Of a stretch of DNA of 64,000 bases, positions 1 to 9,400 are shown one piece after another. The notes below the pieces were generated by a model. That model was not told the origin of the DNA, searched no databases, and worked only from the letters and a program-made list of their open reading frames with translations. The stretch lies in the IMG/VR virus record IMGVR_UViG_3300044735_000130, positions 6,176 to 70,175 of that record; one strand, written 5' to 3'. Both the position numbers and the translations under genes were made by a program. Origin of the DNA: a virus (Duplodnaviria > Caudoviricetes). Position 1 is the first letter of the stretch; the number at the start of each line of letters is the position of its first letter.

Positions 1-85
1 GGCTTTTGCGGTTGCCAAAATGAACGCTTCCGCTGACTATGGGACGTTCTCCGCAGCAAATCCGATCCAAGATGACGGCCAATGA
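1..85 (+). CDS. 3' end of an unidentified ORF entering the window
   Basis: Frame 2 is open from base 2 (AFAVAKMNASADYGTFSAANPIQDDGQ) to TGA at 83-85. Confidence 0.35.
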   Translation, partial: AFAVAKMNASADYGTFSAANPIQDDGQ

Positions 86-207
86 GGAATCCGTTTCGGA
101 TCGCCACGCTCCAATTAAATCATTGGGCGCCTGGAGGCTTCTTTGAGAATTAGAATCCGTGCCGCTACACGCTAACAGTAACATGGCGAAGCCGAGTAAA
201 TACAGTT

Positions 208-1386
208 TCATATTTTTTGACCCTCCATTAGCCAAATATGGCTATAACCTGCCGACGGGTTTATATGATCTTTTGAATAAACGGCTTCTTGTCCATAATA
301 TGTTCCTGTCGGTCGTATGCCGAATAACATCCTTCCCGATCCAGAGGTCCATACAGATTGCCCCCCCATTCCAAATAATACATTGCCCGGGTCAACATCA
401 CAATACCCGACCGCGACACCCGAACTTACCGAGCCACTGTTGCACTGATTAGTCGTAAATTCTAAACGACCGAAATTTGGGATATAGACCCAGTCGTAAC
501 CGGTATAATCAAAATCAATACTATATGAGGTTATCGTGCTTGGATCGGAATTGATATGATCCTTTCCGATCGCGTAGGTATACGAAAACGCGTTTGGACT
601 ATAACTTCCGGTGGCGGTCAATAAGCATCCGGAACCACTCCAATTTGTACGAGCGCCCGTACTTACTGATTTATATTGAACATAGGGAGTAAGAGAAGGC
701 TGGTGTGCTGCCGGAGAAGACGTGGTTTTATGAAGGTGAAGCATATTTGCTAGCACCGAACGATCGATGTAGTTGCCGGAAGCATCTTTCAAACGAATCC
801 CGATCACGTATACATGTAAGATGTGAGCATTCGCTTCTATGTGGTCCTTTGAGCTTGCGACCCAAGTAATAAAATTGCTATAACCATCTCCCTCATCTGC
901 GATATGGTTTTCCCACAGAAGCGCACCGGGTCCCGTACCATAATCCACGTAGGCTCCGCCGCCCATTGCTACAAATCCGGGTTCAACTTGGCAGGCTAGA
1001 CTTTGATGTTGGGCTGCCGAAGGTGTAATACATTCGTAAATACGAGACTCTATTTGTCCGCTTGCATCCGTCCACGTCTGATATAGGGTATTTGTTTTTG
1101 CCAATGCGGCCGTTCCGCCTCTGGATTGGCGCGGCACAATATGCCAGCCGGTATTTAATTGGTATACGTCTCCGGTTTCGGGATCCCTATACACTCCCGG
1201 CAACAACTTATGCTGGCCGGCGGTTTTATCATCGGCAACCTGATGCAAAGTCGCCGAATCAGCCATCACCTTTTCTACAGGTTGGGATCGCGTGGGCGCC
1301 GGATCTATTGCGGATGGGGCGGGAGTATCCTGGAGGTTACATCCTTGAAGAAGGGCGAAGAATAATAGAAGCGCAAGAACTGGCAT
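208..1386 (-). CDS. Putative lipoprotein with three internal ...G-G..LL...KDH repeats
   Basis: Hydrophobic signal plus lipobox LLQG-C; three repeats ending SKDH/GKDH/SKDH; visibly more AT-rich than the capsid genes. Confidence 0.75.
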   Translation of the reverse strand: MPVLALLLFFALLQGCNLQDTPAPSAIDPAPTRSQPVEKVMADSATLHQVADDKTAGQHKLLPGVYRDPETGDVYQLNTGWHIVPRQSRGGTAALAKTNTLYQTWTDASGQIESRIYECITPSAAQHQSLACQVEPGFVAMGGGAYVDYGTGPGALLWENHIADEGDGYSNFITWVASSKDHIEANAHILHVYVIGIRLKDASGNYIDRSVLANMLHLHKTTSSPAAHQPSLTPYVQYKSVSTGARTNWSGSGCLLTATGSYSPNAFSYTYAIGKDHINSDPSTITSYSIDFDYTGYDWVYIPNFGRLEFTTNQCNSGSVSSGVAVGYCDVDPGNVLFGMGGQSVWTSGSGRMLFGIRPTGTYYGQEAVYSKDHINPSAGYSHIWLMEGQKI

Positions 1387-1577
1387 TTAATCTTCCTTTA
1401 GGTTATGCCCCGTGGTAATCCGAGGCGCGATAAAGCTAACGCCACGACATAAGTGCGTCAAGAATTATTAGAGATCCGCGACACGCTTTACACGCCTTTT
1501 TCCTTACGCGCTTCTGTAAGGAGTTTGCGCACGATATCATGGACGCTTCTACGCCCCAAAGTATAGGAAAGTAAATC

Positions 1578-1662
1578 TGGGCCCGGCAGGACTCGAACCT
1601 GCACGTCCTTTCGGACAGACCGTATTTGAGACGGCCGCGTCTACCACTTTCACCACGGGCCC
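1578..1662 (-). tRNA. tRNA-Leu(CAA), CCA not encoded
   Basis: Acceptor stem GGGCCCG/CGGGCCC plus A73; anticodon arm GCCGT-CTCAAAT-ACGGT; long variable arm; GGTTCGAGTCC T-arm. Confidence 0.93.
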
Positions 1663-1670
1663 AAGAAACC

Positions 1671-1750
1671 TACACCCGGAGGGACTTGAACCCCCACGCC
1701 ATTGGCACCGGAGCCTAAGGCCGGCGCGTCTTCCCTTCCGCCACGGGCGC
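1671..1750 (-). tRNA. tRNA-Leu(TAG), CCA not encoded
   Basis: Acceptor GCGCCCG/CGGGTGT plus A; anticodon loop CTTAGGC; GGTTCAAGTCC T-arm. Confidence 0.9.
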
Positions 1751-1755
1751 ATATC

Positions 1756-1843
1756 TGGTGGGTCGGGGAGGAGTCGAACCTCCAAAGCCAAAAGACAGGG
1801 GATTTACAGTCCCGGGGGCTCGCCGCATGCCCATTGCCGACCC
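1756..1843 (-). tRNA. tRNA-Tyr(GTA), CCA encoded, atypical D-arm linker
   Basis: Acceptor GGGTCGG/CCGACCC-ACCA; GGGA-CTGTAAA-TCCC anticodon arm; GGTTCGACTCC T-arm. Confidence 0.85.
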
Positions 1844-1848
1844 AAAAC

Positions 1849-1879
1849 AAAAAACCCCCGACCTAGAAGGCCGGGGGTT
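1849..1879 (-). terminator. Intrinsic terminator just upstream of tRNA-Tyr
   Basis: AACCCCCG...CGGGGGTT stem followed by TTTTTT on the minus strand. Confidence 0.75.
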
Positions 1880-1959
1880 AAAAAGCGCGCACGCGCGTGA
1901 CACCGGCCTTAGTGGGCTTGCTCCAGATAGAGGCCTAGGCGTAACGCGTTCAAGTGCAT
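1849..1959 (-). ncRNA. Candidate ~110-nt rod-like small RNA or tRNA-operon leader
   Basis: Lies between a consensus promoter and a terminator; nested stems GCAC/GUGC, CGCG/CGCG, ACGCC/GGUGU, GGCCU/AGGCC, UGG/CCA. Confidence 0.55.
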
Positions 1960-1965
1960 GGAAGA

Positions 1966-1994
1966 AGTATAGCTCCGAAATGGATTGAAGTCAA
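1966..1994 (-). promoter_or_regulatory. sigma70-type promoter
   Basis: TTGACT-N17-TATACT on the minus strand. Confidence 0.8.
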
Positions 1995-2033
1995 ATAAAA
2001 AGGCCCGGAGGCTTCGTACAGGCCCCCGGGCCT
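1993..2033 (-). terminator. Intrinsic terminator of the tmRNA transcript
   Basis: AGGCCCGG...CCGGGCCT stem followed by a U-rich tract on the minus strand. Confidence 0.75.
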
Positions 2034-2124
2034 AGGGCGCGCTAAGAAGAGCCTCGTAGGCACTCTTCCGCCACCTCCACCACCGGCATTTGAGCACTTT
2101 AAGGGATGCCGGAAACCCTTTTAA

Positions 2125-2534
2125 TGGTGGACCCGGCGGGAATCGAACCCGCGTCCGTCACGCATTCCTCAATCGCTCCTACACCCATTTCCCTTGTTTT
2201 TTATTCGCCTCCGTACTTCCACAAGGGTGGGCCGTACGCAAGCTATCCCGAGCTTGTCACTCCCGCACGTTCGGGTGCCGCGCGGAAGCTACCCCTTATT
2301 TTATTCCAACCTTTCAGGCCCCAAGGGTAGGGGTCCGAAGGCCGCGTCCCGGGCTTTTAGGCCAGGACGGTTTCCGCGTTTTCCACCGAGGCCACGAGGG
2401 CATCGACTTTGGCGCGGACGGCGGCGGTATAAGCGTCGTCGTGTCTTTTTTCCTCGATGATTAAGGTGGCCAACGAGAAATCCACCGGGTGCAACTCTTG
2501 AATCCTGACCTGCCGTCGAAACCTGGGCGGGCCC
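2125..2534 (-). ncRNA. ssrA: tmRNA, one-piece, 410 nt; tag ORF 2440..2357
   Basis: 5' GGGCCCG..GGTTTCGACG; 3' GGTTCGATTCCCGCCGGGTCC-ACCA; acceptor stem has the G3.U70 Ala determinant; internal ORF ends ...ETVLA-TAA. Confidence 0.93.
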
Positions 2535-2546
2535 CTACTCCCGTCT

Positions 2547-2575
2547 AATCTACCTCCGATTTTTTCCGCCGGCAA
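2547..2575 (-). promoter_or_regulatory. ssrA promoter
   Basis: TTGCCG-N17-TAGATT, 12 nt upstream of the mature 5' end. Confidence 0.7.
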
Positions 2576-2628
2576 GATGGGCGTATTACCCCGGAAAAGG
2601 CAGGCCATGAACTGCCCCGGAGACAAAG

Positions 2629-3849
2629 ATGCCCATTGCAGCCAATCCAGGCACCCAGACCAGCGCTGGGCCCATAAGCGATGAAACCCTGACCCAGCTG
2701 GACCAAAACCCGGCCGAGGTCTCGAAGCTGGCCCTCAAGGACAAGTATGCCTTGGTGGACCATCTCATGGCGCCCAAGGAGGAGACTCCCGAGGCGCCGG
2801 CTCCCGCGGAGGCGCCTGCAAAGGTGACTTCGCCGGCAGAGGAGGCTGATAAGGCCGCTGCCGCAGAGACGGAAGAGCCCCAAGTCTCGAAGGATGAAGC
2901 CGAGGACGAACCGGCCGAGAAACCGCTCCGTAAGGATCGGCGCTATTGGAAGGAAAAGGCCCAGCGCGAAGCCGACGAGAAGAACCGGATCAAGCAGCAG
3001 TACGAATCGGCGCAGCGCCGTTTGGAAGCGTTGAAGAAGGTGGAAGAGGAGGCCAAGGCCATCAAGGCCGAGAAGCCCCTGGACGCCTACGACGATGCCC
3101 AGATGACCTCGCTGGCGACAAAGCTGGCGCAGATGGAGAAGGAGCTTGCGGGGTACCGCGACTATTTCAAGACCTCCGCGCAGCAAGAGGCCGAGAGCGC
3201 GCAGAAAAGCCTGCAGCAGCGGGAGGAAGAGTCTGTCTTCACCTCGATTGCGCGGCTCCAGAGCGAGTTCGAAGACCTTCGTACCGATCAGCCGTTCGAA
3301 AAGCTGAACGCGGAATACGCGTCCTGGCTGGACAACCTGGTCAAGCTTTCCGGCTTCAAGGAATCCCATCCGAACGCGCCGGTTAACGAGCTGCGATCGA
3401 TGGCGAAGGAGCTCTACAACGAAGACGAGGACTTCCGCAAGACGGCGATTGCCAAGCGCGCGAAGGCCCCGAAGGAGCTGGAGAAAATCGAAACCATCCT
3501 GAACGTCCATGAAAAGAAGATGCGGGATGGGGGCGGATATCGCGCGAACTACCTGGACATGCTTGCCGAAAATGGGGTGCTCCCCAGTGTGATCGCGAAG
3601 CGCGAGCGGGAAGCGGCCTTGAAGGCCTCGAACGCCACGATTGACGCGATGACCCGGGGTAACAAAGGCGTTACAACCCTCGCGCCCACCGATGGAAGCA
3701 ACAGCTTCCCAGATAAGACGCCCGCCGAAAAGATGCAGGCGTACCTGAAGGACTTGCACACCCGCGTCGCCCGCGGCCATCGGATGAACTCCGAGGAAAA
3801 GGCCCAGGCGATGACGTACATGCAGCTCCTGTCGGAAGGCGCACAGTAA
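2629..3849 (+). CDS. Capsid scaffolding protein (putative)
   Basis: Directly upstream of the capsid gene; acidic Pro/Ala-rich N-terminus, long coiled coil, basic helical C-terminus. Confidence 0.7.
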   Translation: MPIAANPGTQTSAGPISDETLTQLDQNPAEVSKLALKDKYALVDHLMAPKEETPEAPAPAEAPAKVTSPAEEADKAAAAETEEPQVSKDEAEDEPAEKPLRKDRRYWKEKAQREADEKNRIKQQYESAQRRLEALKKVEEEAKAIKAEKPLDAYDDAQMTSLATKLAQMEKELAGYRDYFKTSAQQEAESAQKSLQQREEESVFTSIARLQSEFEDLRTDQPFEKLNAEYASWLDNLVKLSGFKESHPNAPVNELRSMAKELYNEDEDFRKTAIAKRAKAPKELEKIETILNVHEKKMRDGGGYRANYLDMLAENGVLPSVIAKREREAALKASNATIDAMTRGNKGVTTLAPTDGSNSFPDKTPAEKMQAYLKDLHTRVARGHRMNSEEKAQAMTYMQLLSEGAQ

Positions 3850-3864
3850 AGGAATAACAAGGCC

Positions 3865-5067
3865 ATGGCCTACAGAATTGCAAATAGCGACGCGCTTCTC
3901 CAGCAGACCTGGGAAGACATTCTCTGGGAAGAGTCCCAGGAACAGGACATTTTCACCGGCCTCTCCGGCACCTTTTCCGATGACAATGGGAATCTTCCCG
4001 ATTCCATCGTGCAGAACGTGAACCTGCAGCCCGGTTCCAACCAGCACACGATCGGCATGATCCTCGACCTCACCGGCTCCGGCCGTCAGGGTGCGGGCAT
4101 CAACCTCGTGGGCTACACCGAGACCATGGTGACCCGGCGCTTCACCGTGTACGCCAATGACGTCCGGCATGGCGTGGATACCGAGCAGTATGGACTCTAT
4201 GCCCACCGCAACGAGGCCTACGGGATCCTGAAGAAGGTCAACCCGCTCCTTGGCAAGTGGCTGAAGGCGCGCCGCGGCAAGCATATCCGCCAGGCGCTTC
4301 TGGAGACCGTTTCCGATAACCTGACCGCGAGCCCGACCTCGCTGACCAACAAGTGGAATCGCCATATCTTCGTGAAGAACGCCGCGATCACCTCGCAGCC
4401 GACCTACGACAATACCCTGGCGAATTACACGGCCAACATCGTCGCGGCTTTGAGCTCGGCGGGTACGTCCACCTCGGCGAACGTGGATACCAACTTCTTC
4501 ACCACGCTGGAATACTACGTCACCAACGTGTGGAAGATGATGCCTCTGGATGACGGTTCCTACATCGTGACCGTTCCGTCCCGTCAGGCCGTTTTCCTGA
4601 AGCAGCTTCAGTCTTCGACCAGCTTTGCGGGCCTGCAGCGCCTGTCGCTGGTGCAGAAGTACGTCGAAGCGGCGTACGGGCAGTACCTGATGCAGTTTGG
4701 CCGGTTCCATATGGTCGTGGATGATCGCGCTCCCGTGATCAACTACAACACCTCCACGTCCGTCCTCACGACCGCCTACCGTGATGTGGGCTCGACCGAT
4801 TCGCGCAGCTCCTACACCAACACCGGCTCCAACCGCGTGTTCGATGTCGGCTACGTGCTGGGCAAGGCGGCGGTAACCTGCACCACGGCGATGAAGCCTC
4901 GCTACGATGACGACATCACCGATTTCAACCGCCTGCGGTCCATCGGCGTGTCGACCACGTACGGCTACCAGGTGACGGAATTCGAAGCGGAAACGGCGAC
5001 CACGACCAGCCGCATTGGTCAAAACTGCGCTGTTTGGCTGGCCTATTCTGGAAACCTGACGGCGTAA
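3865..5067 (+). CDS. Major capsid protein (DUF4043 / N4-gp56-like)
   Basis: 400 aa; W..ILWEE..EQDIF.G, LTGSGRQG..LVG.TE, V.ANDVRHGV pattern; strongly biased codon usage; good RBS. Confidence 0.8.
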   Translation: MAYRIANSDALLQQTWEDILWEESQEQDIFTGLSGTFSDDNGNLPDSIVQNVNLQPGSNQHTIGMILDLTGSGRQGAGINLVGYTETMVTRRFTVYANDVRHGVDTEQYGLYAHRNEAYGILKKVNPLLGKWLKARRGKHIRQALLETVSDNLTASPTSLTNKWNRHIFVKNAAITSQPTYDNTLANYTANIVAALSSAGTSTSANVDTNFFTTLEYYVTNVWKMMPLDDGSYIVTVPSRQAVFLKQLQSSTSFAGLQRLSLVQKYVEAAYGQYLMQFGRFHMVVDDRAPVINYNTSTSVLTTAYRDVGSTDSRSSYTNTGSNRVFDVGYVLGKAAVTCTTAMKPRYDDDITDFNRLRSIGVSTTYGYQVTEFEAETATTTSRIGQNCAVWLAYSGNLTA

Positions 5068-5072
5068 TCATC

Positions 5073-5115
5073 CCGGCGAGTTTACTCGCCGGTCCCCTAG
5101 GTGAAGGCCTAGGGG
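5073..5115 (+). terminator. Tandem hairpins after the capsid gene (stabiliser or partial terminator)
   Basis: CCGGCGAG-TTTA-CTCGCCGG and CCCCTAGG-TGAAGG-CCTAGGGG; no U tract. Confidence 0.5.
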
Positions 5116-5135
5116 CACTCTAACGTCCCCGGGGT

Positions 5136-5753
5136 ATGACGCTAAACTACCCCGCCACCTTATCCCAGACCACTGAAGGGACGTTTATGAATGCGAACAA
5201 AGAAAAATCCAACCTGACCCGTGAAGTCCTGGAACAGCTCCTGGGCGAAACGGGAAGCGACGGGATGCCTGTGATTCTGGCCAAGCGGATTGATCCGCAA
5301 ATCCCGACCACCAACACCCTGACTGATTACGGCTTTGAAGGCCTGGCCAAGCAGGAAAAAGGCGGCAAGATCGGTTGGGAGCCGCATCGGAACTTCGTGC
5401 TTTACATCGATGGTGAGACCGGCAACTGCCGCATCCCTGATACCCCGAAGAATCGTCAGCGCCTGAAGCGGCTTTCCCAAGGCGGAATAGAAAAGGTCAA
5501 GCGCCTGACCCTGAACGACGATGGGCAGATTACCGAGGTCGAAGATGAGGTGGAGATACCGCCTACTTACAAGATGCTGGAGCAAAACCTGGCGGCCTCG
5601 ACCCTGGTCAATACCGTCGCCATGCAGGTGATGAACCTTATGAAAGGCGGCATCCAGCAAGAATCCGACGCACCGCCCCCAGAAAAGGGATACCGCAAGC
5701 CGGTGGGATATAAGAAAGACATCGAGGATCGGCTTCTGGAGCCCCTGAAGTGA
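5136..5753 (+). CDS. Hypothetical virion/morphogenesis protein
   Basis: 205-aa ORF between the capsid and adaptor genes; true start may be later. Confidence 0.65.
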   Translation: MTLNYPATLSQTTEGTFMNANKEKSNLTREVLEQLLGETGSDGMPVILAKRIDPQIPTTNTLTDYGFEGLAKQEKGGKIGWEPHRNFVLYIDGETGNCRIPDTPKNRQRLKRLSQGGIEKVKRLTLNDDGQITEVEDEVEIPPTYKMLEQNLAASTLVNTVAMQVMNLMKGGIQQESDAPPPEKGYRKPVGYKKDIEDRLLEPLK

Positions 5754-6451
5754 CCACCTCCCAGTTCGTGTCCTTGATCTTGGATGAGGTCGGGTCCTCT
5801 TGGACCCGCGCCCAAGTCTTGGATATCACGAACAATGCGCAGAACGAGATCCTGGGCGAGAACCTGCGGTTAACGCGCGTGCGCCCGGACCCTTTCTTCG
5901 CAACCACGGACGGCACGTACACGTATACCGCCGCCAGCTCCCTATACGACTCCAGCGCCAATACGCAAGGATCGCTGGTTGGGGACGTGCGCACAGTAAC
6001 GGAGCTGTATAGCTATAGCAACTCCGTTTCCATTTTCGATAACCAGACCCTGGATCCGGCTTCGGAAAAACCCAATCAGTTCGAATTCACTCAGACCAAG
6101 GATCGTGTTACGATGCGCCTGGATTGCATCGACTCCTTGGGCCCTACCCTTTCCGATTGCACCCTTAAGATTTACGTCACCAATAATCCCGGTACTACGA
6201 CCACAACCTGGCGCGCCGTGGCGTACAAGTGGCCGACGCAGCTGACCAGCGAAAATGTCGCTTTGTCCGTGCCCGCGGACTTTCAGGATACCCTCCTTTT
6301 TTTCGAGGTCTTGAAGCGCTTGGAGCGGCGGGAGTACGGCGAGAACGCCTTTACCTTTCAGCAGGCCGAGTACTATCGAAAGCGCTTCCGCCGCAAGTAC
6401 AACGCGCAATCCGATTCCGACCTCCGCATCGCCCCGTTCCGGATTGTCTAA
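5750..6451 (+). CDS. Head-tail adaptor / tail tubular protein A-like
   Basis: Size and position; C-terminal ..L.SENVAL.VP.DFQD.L helical pattern typical of adaptors. Confidence 0.6.
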   Translation: MTTSQFVSLILDEVGSSWTRAQVLDITNNAQNEILGENLRLTRVRPDPFFATTDGTYTYTAASSLYDSSANTQGSLVGDVRTVTELYSYSNSVSIFDNQTLDPASEKPNQFEFTQTKDRVTMRLDCIDSLGPTLSDCTLKIYVTNNPGTTTTTWRAVAYKWPTQLTSENVALSVPADFQDTLLFFEVLKRLERREYGENAFTFQQAEYYRKRFRRKYNAQSDSDLRIAPFRIV

Positions 6452-9400
6452 ATGCGCGGTTTCCTCCGCCGAAAAAACCGCTCCCAAGCTCAGCAGGAAG
6501 TCCGCTTCGAGCAAGACCGTTTTAATAACGGGTATATTGCCGATATCCCCGGAAGCGATCTACCGAAGGACTCCATGGCGCTTCTAGAGAACTTCAACGC
6601 CTATCCCGAATATCTAGAGGGGCGAAGCGGCAGCCAGCTCTACAGCTCAACCGCGCTTCCGGGCACCGGCACCATCCGTTCGCTTTTCCAGCATAAGACA
6701 GCCAAGAAATTTGTCCTGCATCGAGATTCCGGCATTTACATGGCGGACTCGGCTATCAGCTCCTGGACAACTCTTTTATCCTATACCCCGATCCAATCGG
6801 TGTCTCCTTCAGGAGATACGGGCGGCCAGCTCAGTTTATTCTATCTGCAAGGAGTCGACCGATCGAATACTAACAACGGTTTTCTCTACTGGAATCTGAC
6901 GAATTCCGGTGGGACGCGCACGCTTGATCTTTATAGTAATTCGGGCAAAACCACCAAAGTTGCGACCGGATCGATTTCGGGTAATGGGCAAATGCAAATT
7001 ACGTCCGTCAACGCCTCCGGCCTTCAGGGCGTGGTCACGGTGACGTATACCGGAGACGATACGGATAGCGGCAATACCATTTTCTTAACTACTGGGTCCT
7101 CTTATGTACAGGCGGTGGACAGCACGATTTGCCCGTACAAAAACGACTGCATTCTTTTTAGCCAGAATGCTTCCACCACCAATGGCGGCCTTCTTCATCT
7201 TAATCTAACAACCGGAAAGTATGCCGTCTTGAATAGCGCCGGGGCGGCCGTAGGTTATGGATACGGCTATTATCCGCTTAACGGATCGGGAACGCAAAGC
7301 GCCACTACTCCCTATGGATATCGCTACATTTATACCTTCAGTCGGATCACCAATAGCTCGGGGGGCGTGGACACCTCCTTAAACCGTCTGACGGGCAACC
7401 TGGTCTTTGAAAGCCCGAGCAACGCATCGCGCGATCAGACGGGAGCCACCTTTGCCAACGATTACGCGGAATTCTGGCTTGCAAACCCGATTTCCGGATC
7501 GAACAGCAATACCTTCTACATTACCTTTGGCGGCGGAGCGCTTCCGGTTTTTCTTTCCAACTATGCCGAAGGGCATTTTTCGCACATCAGCCTTTACCGG
7601 ACACTGGATATCGGGGTTTCCGGAATCGATCCCGTCACGGGTTCGGGAAATAGCCAAGAGACCTATGTATGGGTCGGAGATTGGCCGATCACCCAGATTC
7701 AGGTGACCGACAATAAGACGGATGCGCAGCTGCGCAGCGCATTGGGGGCAGGGTACGGCATTAAGTCCCGATTCTGGGTTAACCTGCCCAATGGCGCCTG
7801 CGGGGAAGTTGGGAACAATTTCCTTTATACGGCCGCGCGCGCCGCGAATAACATCTACTACTGCCAACTTCTTGATCCGCGGTTTATCGGCTATTACAAT
7901 CCCGCTTTCCAGTTTATGAAACTGGATGATGGTGTCCAGGTGATCGCCAAATCGCCGGACATGATTTCCTTTATCTGTTCGAATAGCACCTACGTCAGCT
8001 CTCCGAATTCTTATGTGGACGCGGGCTCTTCCGTTACAGGCCCGATTTATGTGCTGCAGCACCTGACCAAGGCGTCTGCTAACATTGGCTGCACGGATTA
8101 TGGAAGCTTTGCGCCGGTCGACAGCGCAAATCAGCTAGGCCAGTTCGGACAGGGAGGCGCTACCGCCTTTATTGCCCGCTGCTCGGACAATACCATTCGG
8201 ATTTGGAACAACTCTTATTGGTCCAATGACCTTTCCAGCCGCAGAGTCAATACGATCGTACAGACCATGGTTGCGGGATCGGTTGGAGCCTACTGGAAAG
8301 GCGTCTACCGGCTCTATTACAGAACCAATTCGGGCTACACGACGACCACCAATTGCCTCCGCTTTGGCATGTCCACGGATGGTGGGTTTGGTTGGAGCCA
8401 AGAAAGCGGCGTGGCGCTCCCCCTTCCTCAGACCTATGTTGGGGCGGGCAGCTTTATCGATGCCAACGGCGTGCAGCGGATGTTCTGTCTCGACGCCTCC
8501 GACGGCCTTTTTTACTGGATTGAGACCTTTACCAGCTATTCCGGATCCGGTTTGACCAAGGTTTTCCTGGATAAAGTGGCTGCAAATGGCTCAGGAGGCT
8601 ATACCTTCACCTGTAAAGCGCGCTTCCGCGAGGTTCAGGGCCCCTTGGAAAGCTTGGATTTAATCCATAAGGAAGCGCATATCTTCGATCGGCCCTATGA
8701 TGAATCGGTCGGTTACCCTTCCGGCTTTTCTCGCTCCTACTTGATCTACGCTGACGGCTCCTCCACAGCCTCTGGAACGCTTTCTGGCGTGACCAAAGGC
8801 GCTGATCTGCAGTTTTTCGAGGCCGTTTTGGGCAAGCGCCTTCAACCCGAGGTCCAATTTAATCAATCGGGCGCCCGTCTAACCGGTTTTGAAGCTCTTT
8901 TTGACTCTTTGAACCGCGCGAACATCGGGGGAGGCCCTTCCGCCTATTCGGAGGCGACCTACCAAGCCGATCTGGCGCAGAATTTAAAGATTTGGCTGAC
9001 GCGCCCCTCCAATACACTGAATCGCGCCTCCGGATCCGCCTTCACGCTGACCGGAACCGCTCCGACAAGCGTCTCGGGGCCCGATGGAAAGACCTACGCG
9101 CTTTCTTTTGGTTCGGGAGCCTCCTATTCCCTTGCCGAAACGACCTCTTATAGCAATTTCAGCCTGCACTTCTGGGTCAAGTCGGCGACGGCAGGAAGCC
9201 GTATCCTGCAGATTACAGGAACGAATAGCTTTTACGTCACCTTTGCCAGCAGCACAAGCCTTTCCCTTAATGGCGCCGGCAGCCTGACCGTTTCCACCAT
9301 CGCCTCCGGATGGCATGACTTCTGGATTGTGCGTTCGGGGTCGACGGTAACGGCCTATCAGAATGGCGCCGCGGTTTCCGGAAGCGTCTCGGTCAGCACA

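Noticed and set aside
1500-1577. Theta ribozyme at a tRNA 3' end
   Set aside because: No P1/P3/L3 HDV pattern after any of the three tRNAs
1880-1959. SRP (4.5S) or 6S RNA
   Set aside because: No SRP helix-8 loop motif and too short for 6S; kept as an unknown sRNA
2357-2626. 89-aa minus-strand ORF as a protein gene
   Set aside because: It runs through the tmRNA; only its 3' end is meaningful, as the tag frame
2545-5022. 825-aa antisense ORF (likewise 20275-22443, 33476-34405, 54728-55576, 58744-60288)
   Set aside because: Shadow frames of GC-rich, codon-biased genes on the other strand; no recognisable motifs
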